DNA from: Bacteroidales bacterium
Lineage (GTDB): Bacteria; Bacteroidota; Bacteroidia; Bacteroidales; F082
Direction: 5' to 3'
Length of the DNA stretch: 64,000 nucleotides
Assembly: GCA_024400455.1 (NCBI GenBank)
Contig: JAKSMU010000010.1
Coordinates: 9,209-73,208, forward strand
The translations under genes were made by a program, and so were the position numbers. This document shows, in pieces, positions 46,751-56,618 of this stretch. The notes beneath the pieces are model-generated. The model saw nothing but the letters and a program-made list of their open reading frames with translations. It did no database searches and was not told the origin of the DNA. Positions within the stretch are counted from its first letter, which is position 1, and each line of letters opens with the position of its first letter.

Positions 46751-49700
46751 TTATTTCATCACAGAAACGCGACGTGTGGTTTCGCCATTGGCGGTAACGA
46801 CCTTCACGAAATAGATGCCAGCCTGCTGTTGACTCAAGTCGAGATTCATCTCATCGCCTTCGCATGAAATGACATATACCTGCTGACCGACGAGGTTGGT
46901 TACCGTCACCGACTTCAAGTTTTCAGCCTCAATTCTAACCATGCCGCTGGTCGGATTAGGATAAATCTCGCATGAAAGCGACAGATCTTCGACCCCAGCA
47001 TTGCTGAAACGGATGAAATCTTCGCCTGATGCAGTCAGTGCGAATTCCGATTCACATTCGGCATAGACAGCCTTCACCTGGAACTTGTAATCAACTATCT
47101 CAGCGACAGGTCCGAAATCGAAACTTGTTTCAGTAACGTTTTCAGATGCCACAATCACGCCGCTTGCATTATCGGTGATTGTCAAGGCATAGCTGTCAGG
47201 TGTTCTGTCGGCAGGTGCCGTCCACTCAACATGAATAAGGCCATTCTGCATGTTGCCGCTCAAACCGGTTGGAGCCGAGCAAGGCAAAACTGGTTCGCTT
47301 GCCACCATCACACACACCTCATTGGTAGGATCAGTCTCCGTGCCGGCCAAAACTGCCGTCACTTTATAGCAATAGGTTGCGCCGACCGAAACATTTTCAT
47401 CAAGATAAGTGTTTTCAGTAAGATTATCAGCCAGCAACACGCCATCGCGATACAACTTGTATGACTCAGCCTGATAGAGATAATTCCAAGCCAATTGCAC
47501 CTTAGCAACATTATCAATCACCAACAGACCGTCAGGAGTTGTCGTCTTATTGAACTCTACAAAGAACTCATCATGATTATACAAGGCAGCCGAATAAGCC
47601 GAAGCGCACTGAATGTCGGTATAGTTTGCCGTCACAGCATAGAAATATTTCTTTCCTTCTTCGAGGCTTGAATTATCCTTATACTCACACGCAGTGGTAG
47701 GTTTAATCAATCTGTAAGCTTCGTCCTCTGCCCTACGGTAGATGAGATAGCCGTTTGGCACGCTGCTTTCAGGAGCTTCCCAATGGATGAAAGGTTTGCC
47801 ATTGTTTTGGATGGTAAGATAAAGGTTCCTTGGCGGTTCGCAACCCGAACCGGAATTGGCGCAATAATCGTTTGAAAGCTCCGTTTCGCCGCCATTGCAC
47901 ATGGCCGAAACCTGATAGCAATGACCGCCGATAGAAGTGTTTTCATCAAGGAACGAAGGTTCTGATGACATCTGGAAAATGAATCCGTCACGATAAATGC
48001 AGTAACCGAATTCCGGAACATTGTCCGATTCCCAAGTCAGCAAAATGTTCGTATTGTTGTCCTCTTGCGTCACAGCCTTCAGGTTGTAAGGCACAGAACC
48101 GGTGTTATCGTTGCCACATCCGTTGTTGATATTGACGATTTCGCCTGGTTCAAGCAATGAAGAAGAACCATTGTAATTGAACACCACATTGCCGTCGACA
48201 TCCTTAATGGAGAATGCGACCTTGCTGACTGGCGATTCAGGTTCAACCCAAACGAAAGAATTGCGACCTAAAGCAATCTGGATGTTCTGAACGGCAACCG
48301 ATGCCGAAACCATGGTAACGAAAGCCGTTTCAGTGCCGGCACCATTTCTCACGGAAATGCCGCCACCATTCCAGCCTTGGAAGTCGCCGCCCGAAAGCAC
48401 GATTTTCCACTGACAGTAAGGGCCAAACGAAGCGGAATTGTAAACCACACGACCATCCATGCCGTCATTGACCAAACACACGGAATATTCAAACTTATCG
48501 AAATAAGGCACCTTGTCGGTATAGCTCATGGCAGCGCCGGCAGCCACATTTTCCTCTTCATGGATTACGAAACCATTGCGTCTGACAATCACTTTGTCGA
48601 AAGCGGACACCGTTGCACCATTGACAGTTGTAGTCGGGTTGACCCACGAAAGCGTTCCGAACAGGGATTCATCGTTTTCAACACTGACAACCAATGTATC
48701 AGGTGCCATAGGCATGGCCGAATACAAATCATTTGGGACCATGTCGACGATAATGCCTTGACCTGAACTATATTCAAAATCATCGCCATCGATAACATAA
48801 TATCCGTTTCCTGAACCGCCCCAGCCCCAGTTGAAGTGGAAGAGGTTATCGACATCATAGCCGTCGCAAATGAAAGCATGGCCGCCATCGGCACCCGCAA
48901 AGCCCGAATAATAAATCGGCATTTTCTGGTCGAGGTTTACGCGAAGCAAATCCTCCCATACTCTTGTCGCAGTGCCACCCTTTTCAATATAGCGGGCCTC
49001 TGGAGCATAGTTGAAATACTCCGCCATGTCGCCTGGCACCTCAGGAGAATGGGCACCGCTGCCGTCGGTAGCATAATCCATGTCGACAGCCACACCGCAA
49101 TGATAAGACAAAATCGCCACGGCATCAATTTCTTCATCCGTCGACTGGTTGCCCAGTGATATTGGCATGATGTCCCAATTGTAGGTAGTTGCGCCAAAAT
49201 CAGCCGATTGCTCGCCATAGACAGGATGCATATAACTGTGTGAACCCGTGCCTTGTGCAGGATAATTCCAATATTTCATGATTTGGGCCATAGCCGTTGC
49301 CACACAACCAGTAGGTGTCCCTGGAGGGCAATATCTGTTGTACAATGGCGATTGATTCCATTTGGTCTGAATCAACGGTCCAACCACAGGGACATTGCTG
49401 CCACGCGAAGTGACGCCATAATTTTCAAGCTGTTTCCATTGTGCCGCAATGTCGGCAGAAGCATGACTGCCTGCCTGAACGGCTTGAGCAATGCCTTCGG
49501 AAATTTCGCCGAGGAACCACTTCATGTTTTCCGGACCATTTTCGTAATCGAAAGCGCTTTCATCGGAATAAGCCAAGATCGGACGTGCACAATCGTCAGC
49601 GGAAACGATGACAAAACCTTTGCCAACATTGAAGGCATACATGGTTGCCATGCCGTTATTGCCACGAAGCGTGTATGACAGAACTGCTTCATCAGCCGAT

Positions 49701-49831
49701 TTTGCAAGGCTCGGTTGATGTTGTGCAAAACTCAATGCAAGTTGCTGAGCCTTAGCAACATCTACAGGATTTGCTTGGACCATACTCACACCGAAAAGTG
49801 CAAGGACAAGAATAAGTAAATGTCTTTTCAT
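46751..49831 (-). CDS. C10-family cysteine peptidase paralogue (1,026 aa) with extra Fn3-like domains and a T9SS type-A CTD
   Basis: MYAFNVGKGFVIVSADDCARPILAYSDES; WNQSPLYNRYCP...GCVATAMAQIMKYWNYP; GHAFICDGY...FHFNWGWGG. CTD EIYPNPTSGMVRIEAENL...AGIYFVKVVTANGETTRRVSVMK. Confidence 0.88.
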   Translation of the reverse strand: MKRHLLILVLALFGVSMVQANPVDVAKAQQLALSFAQHQPSLAKSADEAVLSYTLRGNNGMATMYAFNVGKGFVIVSADDCARPILAYSDESAFDYENGPENMKWFLGEISEGIAQAVQAGSHASADIAAQWKQLENYGVTSRGSNVPVVGPLIQTKWNQSPLYNRYCPPGTPTGCVATAMAQIMKYWNYPAQGTGSHSYMHPVYGEQSADFGATTYNWDIMPISLGNQSTDEEIDAVAILSYHCGVAVDMDYATDGSGAHSPEVPGDMAEYFNYAPEARYIEKGGTATRVWEDLLRVNLDQKMPIYYSGFAGADGGHAFICDGYDVDNLFHFNWGWGGSGNGYYVIDGDDFEYSSGQGIIVDMVPNDLYSAMPMAPDTLVVSVENDESLFGTLSWVNPTTTVNGATVSAFDKVIVRRNGFVIHEEENVAAGAAMSYTDKVPYFDKFEYSVCLVNDGMDGRVVYNSASFGPYCQWKIVLSGGDFQGWNGGGISVRNGAGTETAFVTMVSASVAVQNIQIALGRNSFVWVEPESPVSKVAFSIKDVDGNVVFNYNGSSSLLEPGEIVNINNGCGNDNTGSVPYNLKAVTQEDNNTNILLTWESDNVPEFGYCIYRDGFIFQMSSEPSFLDENTSIGGHCYQVSAMCNGGETELSNDYCANSGSGCEPPRNLYLTIQNNGKPFIHWEAPESSVPNGYLIYRRAEDEAYRLIKPTTACEYKDNSSLEEGKKYFYAVTANYTDIQCASAYSAALYNHDEFFVEFNKTTTPDGLLVIDNVAKVQLAWNYLYQAESYKLYRDGVLLADNLTENTYLDENVSVGATYCYKVTAVLAGTETDPTNEVCVMVASEPVLPCSAPTGLSGNMQNGLIHVEWTAPADRTPDSYALTITDNASGVIVASENVTETSFDFGPVAEIVDYKFQVKAVYAECESEFALTASGEDFIRFSNAGVEDLSLSCEIYPNPTSGMVRIEAENLKSVTVTNLVGQQVYVISCEGDEMNLDLSQQQAGIYFVKVVTANGETTRRVSVMK

Positions 49832-49867
49832 AGGTTATAAGTTTGATTATTATCGATTTTAAGGGGT

Positions 49868-49875
49868 CAAAAATA
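49868..49875 (-). promoter_or_regulatory. Candidate -7 box (TATTTTTG) for the C10 peptidase pair
   Basis: The plus strand reads CAAAAATA, 36 nt upstream of the ATG at 49831. No comparable box lies in the 39-nt gap between the two peptidase genes. Confidence 0.4.
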
Positions 49876-49882
49876 GGAAATT

Positions 49883-51148
49883 TTAAGTTTTCTGCTCCTT
49901 TTTTTTCGCTGCTGGGAACAAAATATTGTTCAAAATCAACCTGAAGCCCGGTGAATTAGGGTGCATTTCCAGTTCGGTGGGCGGGTCACCGACAATGTGA
50001 CGGTAGTCCTCTGGGTCATGCCCACCAAAGAAAGTCCAGAATCCGTTGCCGAAATTACCGTGAATGTATCGGTCTTCGTTCAGCGCGGCATTGTCACCCA
50101 ATACAACGACCGATGGCTTGACGTATGCCTTGTTGAAAGCCGTGGTCTGTCCCATGAAGCCTTTTATCAGCCTTTCGTGGCATTGCGTGAGCATGGTTGG
50201 CACAGGGTCCCATTTTGCAGAGAAATCAAAAAGCAGAAAATAGTCGTTCTGCTCCTGCACCATCCGGCTACGGCCTTCGGTGACATCGATGTTGGAGATT
50301 TCGTATTCCTGAGGATTTGTCGAGACCGTGAAATCAGTAAAAGCCAAGCAGTTGTCATAATTCAAGCGTTTGGTATCACCGGCATTTATCGGGTCGCCGT
50401 CGAACATGTAATCGCAAATATCAAGGCCATCGGCCGCCAAAGCGACATCGAAACTATCGGGGGCCGAGCACATGGCAAACATATAGCCGCCACCTGCCAC
50501 AAACTCACGGATTTTCTTCGCCACAGCAAGTTTCAGCTGCGACACTTTCTGAAAACCCCAGCGTTGCGCCGTGGCCTCCTGCAACTGCACATCTTCCTTG
50601 TACCAAGGATAATTGCGGTAACGCGACCAGAACTTGCCATATTGTCCCGTGAAATCCTCGTGATGCAAGTGCAGCCAGTCGTAAGTGGGCAGCACACCTT
50701 GCAGCACTTCGTCGTCATAGACAACATCGTATGGAATTTCTGCATAAGTCAGCACCATGGTCACGGCATCGTCCCAAGGCAGATTGTTTTTGGGCGCATA
50801 GACCGCAATGCGCGGCACTTTCTGCAACTTCATCTCGTCCATATTCACGCCAGGGTCAGCGATTTCAGCCAAAATGGCATCGGCCTGCGCATCGGCAATG
50901 ACCTGATAGCTGACATTGCGCATCTTACATTCGCGCTCAAACATTTCGTGGTATGGAATCAAATAACTTCCACCTTTATAATTCAACAACCAGCTGATTT
51001 CGACCTCGCGCTGCAAGACCCAATAGGCCACGCCATACGCCTTCAAGTGATTGGTCTGGGTGTTGTCCATCGGGATAAGTATGTAGGCGGCTTTTGCAGG
51101 AAACACAATAGAAATCAGCAATATAAATACAATCAAAAAACGTTTCAT
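49883..51148 (-). CDS. Conserved secreted protein of unknown function (421 aa)
   Basis: Signal peptide MKRFLIVFILLISIVFPAKA. Natural amino-acid composition, unlike the 400-aa antisense ORF. 11 nt after the upstream gene. Confidence 0.75.
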   Translation of the reverse strand: MKRFLIVFILLISIVFPAKAAYILIPMDNTQTNHLKAYGVAYWVLQREVEISWLLNYKGGSYLIPYHEMFERECKMRNVSYQVIADAQADAILAEIADPGVNMDEMKLQKVPRIAVYAPKNNLPWDDAVTMVLTYAEIPYDVVYDDEVLQGVLPTYDWLHLHHEDFTGQYGKFWSRYRNYPWYKEDVQLQEATAQRWGFQKVSQLKLAVAKKIREFVAGGGYMFAMCSAPDSFDVALAADGLDICDYMFDGDPINAGDTKRLNYDNCLAFTDFTVSTNPQEYEISNIDVTEGRSRMVQEQNDYFLLFDFSAKWDPVPTMLTQCHERLIKGFMGQTTAFNKAYVKPSVVVLGDNAALNEDRYIHGNFGNGFWTFFGGHDPEDYRHIVGDPPTELEMHPNSPGFRLILNNILFPAAKKKEQKT

Positions 51149-51159
51149 TTCACAAAAAA

Positions 51160-52083
51160 CTAAAACTTCACATACGATTCTAACATTGGATTCAGTTCGC
51201 CGGCATTTTTCGTCACTGTCAGCAATTGCGACCAGTTTTTAATCATTCCCTTTGAGTCACGCTGTTTGAAGATGGCCTTCACCATATCGTAATTCAGATA
51301 AGGATGGTTGACCAAAGTCTTGAAATCGTCGCGGTTGATGTCAATCTTCTTTGCTTCAACGGATTGAAATTGCAGATATGGCAAAATCACCTGATAATGC
51401 GTTGAATCCATGCCTTTCACTTCCAACAATTGTTCCAAATTGAGGAATCCGCCCAGCTTATTGCGGTAAGTGACAATTCGGGAAGCCAAATATGGACTCA
51501 CCTTTGGCAACTGCACGAACAAAGCCGAATCAGCAGAATTGATTTCGACCATCTCAATCGGTTTTGCTTCGGGCTGATTATACTCTTTCTTTTCCTTGGA
51601 ATTGCCATAATCGGGACGATTCGAGTGATCGTAAATGCTTCTGTTCAAAGGTGGAATGACGATGAAAGGCTCCAATTGTGCAAATTCTTCATCGCTAATC
51701 GAATAAAGTTTTTTGACATCGTTTTTCGAGTAGAACTTGCCGCCTTTCGCCTCATAATTCTTAATTGTACGGATTTGCCGGTCCGACAGTCCCATTTTGC
51801 GCCATTCCTCTTCGGGCAAGCCATTGGGATTGAATGGGAAAGGTGTCAGATGAGGCTCATCGGCTGGCAAGGATGAAACTTGTTTTTCCGCTTGCTCATC
51901 CAATGCATTCTGGCGCGCCACAATCAACGAATCGAGGGCATGAAAACCATATCGTTTTGTCTCCTGACGAAACGGTTTCCAAATGCCAAGCACAATCAGG
52001 ACGACAATTGCAACAGCCAACGAAATGACGGCTATGCGCTCGCCTCTGCCAAACTTCAGGAAACCATCGTTAAACTCGTCCAT
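51160..52083 (-). CDS. Membrane-anchored helix-hairpin-helix (ComEA-like) domain protein
   Basis: One N-terminal TM segment (IAVISLAVAIVVLIVLGIW). Three HhH-like segments, for example INSADSALFVQLPKVSPYLASRIVTYRNKLGGFLNLEQLLEVKGM and NPNGLPEEEWRKMGLSDRQIRTIKNY. Confidence 0.7.
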   Translation of the reverse strand: MDEFNDGFLKFGRGERIAVISLAVAIVVLIVLGIWKPFRQETKRYGFHALDSLIVARQNALDEQAEKQVSSLPADEPHLTPFPFNPNGLPEEEWRKMGLSDRQIRTIKNYEAKGGKFYSKNDVKKLYSISDEEFAQLEPFIVIPPLNRSIYDHSNRPDYGNSKEKKEYNQPEAKPIEMVEINSADSALFVQLPKVSPYLASRIVTYRNKLGGFLNLEQLLEVKGMDSTHYQVILPYLQFQSVEAKKIDINRDDFKTLVNHPYLNYDMVKAIFKQRDSKGMIKNWSQLLTVTKNAGELNPMLESYVKF

Positions 52084-52090
52084 AACGAAA

Positions 52091-53443
52091 TCAATTGAAC
52101 AGACCTAAACCCCTAATGAAGATAATGGCAATAGCTAAAGGAGCCACGAACTTGATAATGAATAAAATCAAGGTCTTGATTCGAATTTTCAGCTGGCCAC
52201 CGTTAGTGATTTCTTCATAGAATTTCTTTTTGCCAAGATACCAGCCCACAAAAATGACAATCAGCATACCGCCAACCGGCAGCAAGATATTGGACGACAA
52301 GAAGTCGAGTCCATCAAAAACAGTTTTACCACCAATCACGAACGGCGTGTTGTCCATAAGGCTCAACGAGGCGAAAACGCCCAAACACATGGTTGCCGCG
52401 CATGCAAACACCGTGGCCCATTTGCGCTTGATGTGAATTTCCTCAACCAAATAGGCTACCATCACCTCAAGCAAAGAAATCGTCGAAGTCAAGGCGGCAA
52501 CGGCCAAAAGGACAAAGAATATCAAGCAGAAGACATAGCCGCCTGTCATTTGATTGAAAATCAATGGCAAGGTATTGAACACAAGACCCATACCAGCTTC
52601 CGGCTGAACGCCGAAAGAAAAGGCGGCCGGAAAAATGACGATGCCCGCCAAGACCGCAACCAAAGTATCAGACAAAGTAACCGAAAGCGCAGTGGTAGCA
52701 AGATTATCATTCTTTTGGATATAAGAGCCATAGGTTATCAAGGCACCCATGCCCACACTCAACGAGAAAAAAACCTGTCCGAGCGCACTGATGAGCACCT
52801 CGCCATTTAGCTTTGAAAAATCAGGATGGAACAGGAAAGCAAGACCTTCTTTTGCGCCAGGCAAAGTGGCTGAACGGACAGCCAACACCATCAGAATAAC
52901 CAAAAGCATGGGCATCAGAATCTTCGAATACTTTTCAATTCCTTTCTGAACGCCTTTAAAGACCACAAAGCCCGTCATGAAAATGAAAAACGCCTGCCAC
53001 ATCACGTTTTTCCAACCCATATTGTGAAAATCGGAAAATTCCTGTTCTAAAATAGCCAAATCCTTTCCATGGAAACCATTCATCAACGATTTGCAGATAT
53101 ACTCCAAAGTCCATCCCGAAACCGTAGAATAGAATGCCAGAATGACAAAACCGCAAAACACGCCCATGAAACCGACTATAGGCCAAAACGTTTTTGGAGC
53201 CAGTTTCTTAAACGAGCCAACCGCATTGGCTTGCGAACGACGCCCTATGATGAATTCAGAAAGCATCACGGGGACACCTAAGACCAGCACGATAGCCAGA
53301 TAAACCAAGAGAAATGCAGCACCACCATTATTGCCCAATTCGCACGGGAAACGGTAGATGTTGCCCAAACCCACTGCCGAACCTGCAGCTGCAGCAATGA
53401 TGCCTATTTTCGAACCAAAAGCGTCGCGTTTTGTTTTTGCCAT
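52091..53443 (-). CDS. Sodium-dependent transporter, neurotransmitter:sodium symporter (SNF/NSS) family
   Basis: AAAGSAVGLGNIYRFPCELGNNGGAAFLLVYL is the NSS TM1 signature. About 11-12 hydrophobic segments. 450 aa. Confidence 0.9.
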   Translation of the reverse strand: MAKTKRDAFGSKIGIIAAAAGSAVGLGNIYRFPCELGNNGGAAFLLVYLAIVLVLGVPVMLSEFIIGRRSQANAVGSFKKLAPKTFWPIVGFMGVFCGFVILAFYSTVSGWTLEYICKSLMNGFHGKDLAILEQEFSDFHNMGWKNVMWQAFFIFMTGFVVFKGVQKGIEKYSKILMPMLLVILMVLAVRSATLPGAKEGLAFLFHPDFSKLNGEVLISALGQVFFSLSVGMGALITYGSYIQKNDNLATTALSVTLSDTLVAVLAGIVIFPAAFSFGVQPEAGMGLVFNTLPLIFNQMTGGYVFCLIFFVLLAVAALTSTISLLEVMVAYLVEEIHIKRKWATVFACAATMCLGVFASLSLMDNTPFVIGGKTVFDGLDFLSSNILLPVGGMLIVIFVGWYLGKKKFYEEITNGGQLKIRIKTLILFIIKFVAPLAIAIIFIRGLGLFN

Positions 53444-53493
53444 GAACGGGGAAAGAGATTTAAAGATTTAAGAATTAAAATCAGCTTATTCGA

Positions 53494-54153
53494 TTACATT
53501 TTTTCGCCGAAAGCGAGGTCACCTGCATCGCCGAGACCAGGAACAATGTAGGCATGAGCCGTAAGTTCCTCATCGACAGCACCGACCCAAATCGTAACCG
53601 GCATACGCGACAGCGAACGCTTCACAAATTCTAAACCCTCAGCGCTTGCAATTGCAACCACAATATGAATGTGCTTAGGATTCATCTCGTCGTTTAGCAA
53701 GCCATGCAAGGTTTTTACCAGCGATTCGCCCGTTGCCAGCATCGGATCACACAAAATCAAGGTACGGCCATCGACATCGGGAGAGGAATAATACTCGACC
53801 TTGATTTCAAAATCCTCGTTTTTGTCATATTTTCGATAAGCTGCAATGAATGCATTGTCAGCCTTGTCAAACATACTTAAAATGCCATTATGGAATGGCA
53901 ATCCTGCACGAAGAATCGTCGCAATGACAGGTTGTTCCTTCACCACGCGCATTTCCTTAACGCCCAATTGCGTCTCAACTTCAATTCGTTCGTAGTCCAA
54001 TGTCTTACTGATTTCGTAAGCCATTATCTCGCCCAAGCGTTCCAGATTGCGGCGGAAACGCATACGGTCTTTTTGAATTTCAACATCACGGATTTCCGAC
54101 AGGAACTGATTGAACACGCTGTCCTGTTCGCCAAGATTTATTACCTTCACCAT
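53494..54153 (-). CDS. upp: Uracil phosphoribosyltransferase
   Basis: The ATG at 54153 gives MVKVINLGEQ... Also ILRAGLPF and the PRPP-binding loop LILCDPMLATGESL, with IVPGLGDAGD at the C-terminus. 219 aa. The longer 262-aa ORF in the track starts with hydrophobic junk. Confidence 0.9.
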   Translation of the reverse strand: MVKVINLGEQDSVFNQFLSEIRDVEIQKDRMRFRRNLERLGEIMAYEISKTLDYERIEVETQLGVKEMRVVKEQPVIATILRAGLPFHNGILSMFDKADNAFIAAYRKYDKNEDFEIKVEYYSSPDVDGRTLILCDPMLATGESLVKTLHGLLNDEMNPKHIHIVVAIASAEGLEFVKRSLSRMPVTIWVGAVDEELTAHAYIVPGLGDAGDLAFGEKM

Positions 54154-54171
54154 TATTTTTGTATTTGGCAC

Positions 54172-54179
54172 CAAAAATA
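54172..54179 (-). promoter_or_regulatory. Candidate -7 box (TATTTTTG) for upp
   Basis: The plus strand reads CAAAAATA, 18 nt upstream of the ATG at 54153. Confidence 0.4.
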
Positions 54180-54220
54180 ATAAATAAAGGGAAACGGAAG
54201 AAAAAATCAGATGAAAAAAC

Positions 54221-55150
54221 TCAAATTTTCTTCCAGCAAGACAACAAAAACCGTCCGAAAAACGACATATTATTTGCAGCATAACTCGGATAAGCGAAGT
54301 TTACGCTACCAAAGCCCTCGTAAAAACGGGCCAGATTGGCATTATCGGAACCCTCGAAATCGAGCACACATTGCTGATTGCAGAACTCACGGACGACGCA
54401 ATCCAAAAGGAAAGTCATGGCTTGCAACGATTTGCCTTTTTCGCCACAACCCGAGAAAAGAAAAGTGATACGCCCATTGTTTTTCATGAAAAGCGCACCA
54501 CACACAATTTCATCAGACTCAGGAGCAGCGACACCATAAACGAAGGCGTGATTTCGACGCACCGCCTCATCCGAGAGTCGTTGCAGACGCGCATATTCGG
54601 CATCGCCCCAATGCGAAACCGTCGCACCGCGATTAGCGCGAAACAAGCCAATAACCATTTCAATGTCAACATCTTTCACCAAACGGAGACGATTGTTTTC
54701 CGCCTTGACTAAATTGCGTTTCGTATTGGCGTGATAACGGTTCCTAAGGAATTCATAAGGCGCATCCATGAAAAGCAGGAAATCGGCATGGTTTTCAACG
54801 CCTTTTGCCGTTGACGGAAAAGCATTCAAAACATTCAGCCTGATTTCGACAAAACGGAATTTTGCAGGAATGGCATCGATGAATTCATTCTCTTTCAGTT
54901 TCATGCAATCAGGCGAAAACACGCCCAGCTGTTGTGCAAAGAAAGGTTGAAACAGGTAATTGACACCGAATTTCCGACCACCCGTCAGCGGCATGACCGC
55001 CACATAATCATCCTTCACCATAGCCTCCCAACCGGGATGAATGATGTCCAAATACCACGAATAAGCATAAACCAAACTGTTCTCAGACAAACGGATGCAG
55101 GCATCCCATTTCCCCTTATCGATTTCGTTATGACGCAAATAGCTTACCAT
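54221..55150 (-). CDS. Probable GNAT/FemAB-like acyltransferase-fold protein (309 aa)
   Basis: Clean ORF whose start lies 1 nt after the stop of the upstream deacetylase-like gene. The assignment comes from overall resemblance to Bacteroidota GNAT-family proteins of this size, not from a strict motif. Confidence 0.5.
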   Translation of the reverse strand: MVSYLRHNEIDKGKWDACIRLSENSLVYAYSWYLDIIHPGWEAMVKDDYVAVMPLTGGRKFGVNYLFQPFFAQQLGVFSPDCMKLKENEFIDAIPAKFRFVEIRLNVLNAFPSTAKGVENHADFLLFMDAPYEFLRNRYHANTKRNLVKAENNRLRLVKDVDIEMVIGLFRANRGATVSHWGDAEYARLQRLSDEAVRRNHAFVYGVAAPESDEIVCGALFMKNNGRITFLFSGCGEKGKSLQAMTFLLDCVVREFCNQQCVLDFEGSDNANLARFYEGFGSVNFAYPSYAANNMSFFGRFLLSCWKKI

Positions 55151-55151
55151 C

Positions 55152-56462
55152 TCAATCCAAGCAATATTGAATCAGTTTTTCATACATTTCGGGCCAACCA
55201 ACCCAACGCTTTTCACCGCCAAGCGTCTCATTATGCGTCAGATAGATGAATGTTCCATTGACCGACTTCACCTCGTCGACCAATCGGCAAGCCAACTCAA
55301 ACGACTCGTCGACATCCAGGTTCAGGTAGTCGCGCATGGTGCCGTCCATCAAGGCGAAAGGATGCACCACAAGCGGTGTGACGACATCGTTTTCCAAATC
55401 GAAGAACGGAAAAGCATCGGCAATGCCAGCACGGAAACCGGCTTGCGATGCAAAGCCCATCGTGTAATCCTCTTTCACATCCAACTCAATAAGTTTCTGA
55501 TAACTGCGCGGCAGATTCATTCTCAGGAAATGTTGTCGGCTCTTGGTGACATCGCGGTTCAGCACCGATGAAAGTCGCTCCAATTCCACACGCAATTTCT
55601 CCGAATCGAGATAGGATGCAAACGATGGATGGATGCCTACATCAGCATAATCGCCAATGCGCTTAATCAGCGCCTGAAAAGCATCGTTGCGAATAGAAAT
55701 GCTTTTGTCGTTGGTGTCGTAATCGCCACACAATATGAAGAATATGGGGTGCAAACTGTATTTTTTCTGCAAATCGAAAAGCATGTCAAACGAATCGAAA
55801 GGATCGCGACGATGACGGAAAAGCACCTGATGACGTTCCTTGATCAAGCCGAAATCACGAGCGGCCAAATTCTTCAGAAAAGATGCCGAAGTGCGTAAAA
55901 AACCTTTGCGCTTATAGGCCCAAGCCGCATCAATATCGTATGTCGGGAGAAAACGGAATATGCGTTTTTTAAGCTGTAATTCAGGATATTGTGATTGCAG
56001 TCTTTCGCCTAATTTCATCGTCCAAATGTTCACCAAAGGCTTTTGCAACATGCCATTTTCGAACATCCAGGTCGACTCAGCCTTGAAACGGCCAAACTTA
56101 TCGCACACATGAGGCAGATATTCCTCGTAGCGCGAGACCAAATAAAACGAAGCCGCAAAAACATCGAATGGGAACAATGTCTCCTTGCCGTAAACAGGAA
56201 ATAAGGCTTTGGTGTCTTCAAAATCTATGGTTTTAACGTCCTGCTCCACAATATTGCGTTCAAAAAGCAGATTGACAGCCTTTTGCAGAGGCTCCTGTCC
56301 TACTCTATCGCAACCATAGTTCAGTTTCGGACCTTCGGCCGAAACAAAACTTTCAGCATCCGTAAATAATTCATACTCAAGGCCTAGCAAATCACCAAGC
56401 ATCAAGTCGAAAATGTAATGCAACCTATCGGTCTGCTTCGGGACTAAAACGGAGAGTTTCAT
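55152..56462 (-). CDS. Polysaccharide deacetylase-like protein
   Basis: The ATG at 56462 gives MKLSVLVPKQTDRLHYIFD; position 56480 in the track is a TTG. The motifs VGIHPSFASY and TYDIDAAWAY resemble NodB-type deacetylase motifs. Moderate confidence. Confidence 0.55.
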   Translation of the reverse strand: MKLSVLVPKQTDRLHYIFDLMLGDLLGLEYELFTDAESFVSAEGPKLNYGCDRVGQEPLQKAVNLLFERNIVEQDVKTIDFEDTKALFPVYGKETLFPFDVFAASFYLVSRYEEYLPHVCDKFGRFKAESTWMFENGMLQKPLVNIWTMKLGERLQSQYPELQLKKRIFRFLPTYDIDAAWAYKRKGFLRTSASFLKNLAARDFGLIKERHQVLFRHRRDPFDSFDMLFDLQKKYSLHPIFFILCGDYDTNDKSISIRNDAFQALIKRIGDYADVGIHPSFASYLDSEKLRVELERLSSVLNRDVTKSRQHFLRMNLPRSYQKLIELDVKEDYTMGFASQAGFRAGIADAFPFFDLENDVVTPLVVHPFALMDGTMRDYLNLDVDESFELACRLVDEVKSVNGTFIYLTHNETLGGEKRWVGWPEMYEKLIQYCLD

Positions 56463-56496
56463 AAGACAATCATTCCCCAAAACGTTTTTTAACGTG

Positions 56497-56504
56497 CAAA
56501 AATA
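56497..56504 (-). promoter_or_regulatory. Candidate -7 box (TATTTTTG) for the deacetylase/GNAT operon
   Basis: The plus strand reads CAAAAATA, 34 nt upstream of the ATG at 56462. Confidence 0.35.
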
Positions 56505-56590
56505 ATGATTTTACCGATATGGAAGCAAACTGTTTTTTCCTTTTTTATCAAGTTTTTCCTCATTAACCCGAAAATTATCCCGAAAATTTG

Positions 56591-56598
56591 TACTTTTG
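56591..56598 (+). promoter_or_regulatory. Candidate -7 box (TACTTTTG) for dnaX
   Basis: TAnnTTTG match 20 nt upstream of the ATG at 56619. Confidence 0.45.
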
Positions 56599-56618
56599 TC
56601 AACTTTAAAAAGAATGAA

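Noticed and set aside
43270-49831. Whether the tRNA pair marks the integration site of a genomic island carrying the C10 proteases.
   Set aside because: I could not find an integrase, a transposase or a direct repeat of the tRNA 3' end. The region is bounded by ordinary terminators.
49961-51163. A 400-aa plus-strand ORF.
   Set aside because: It is antisense to the 421-aa minus-strand gene, which has a signal peptide and natural composition. The plus-strand translation is H/R/V-rich junk.
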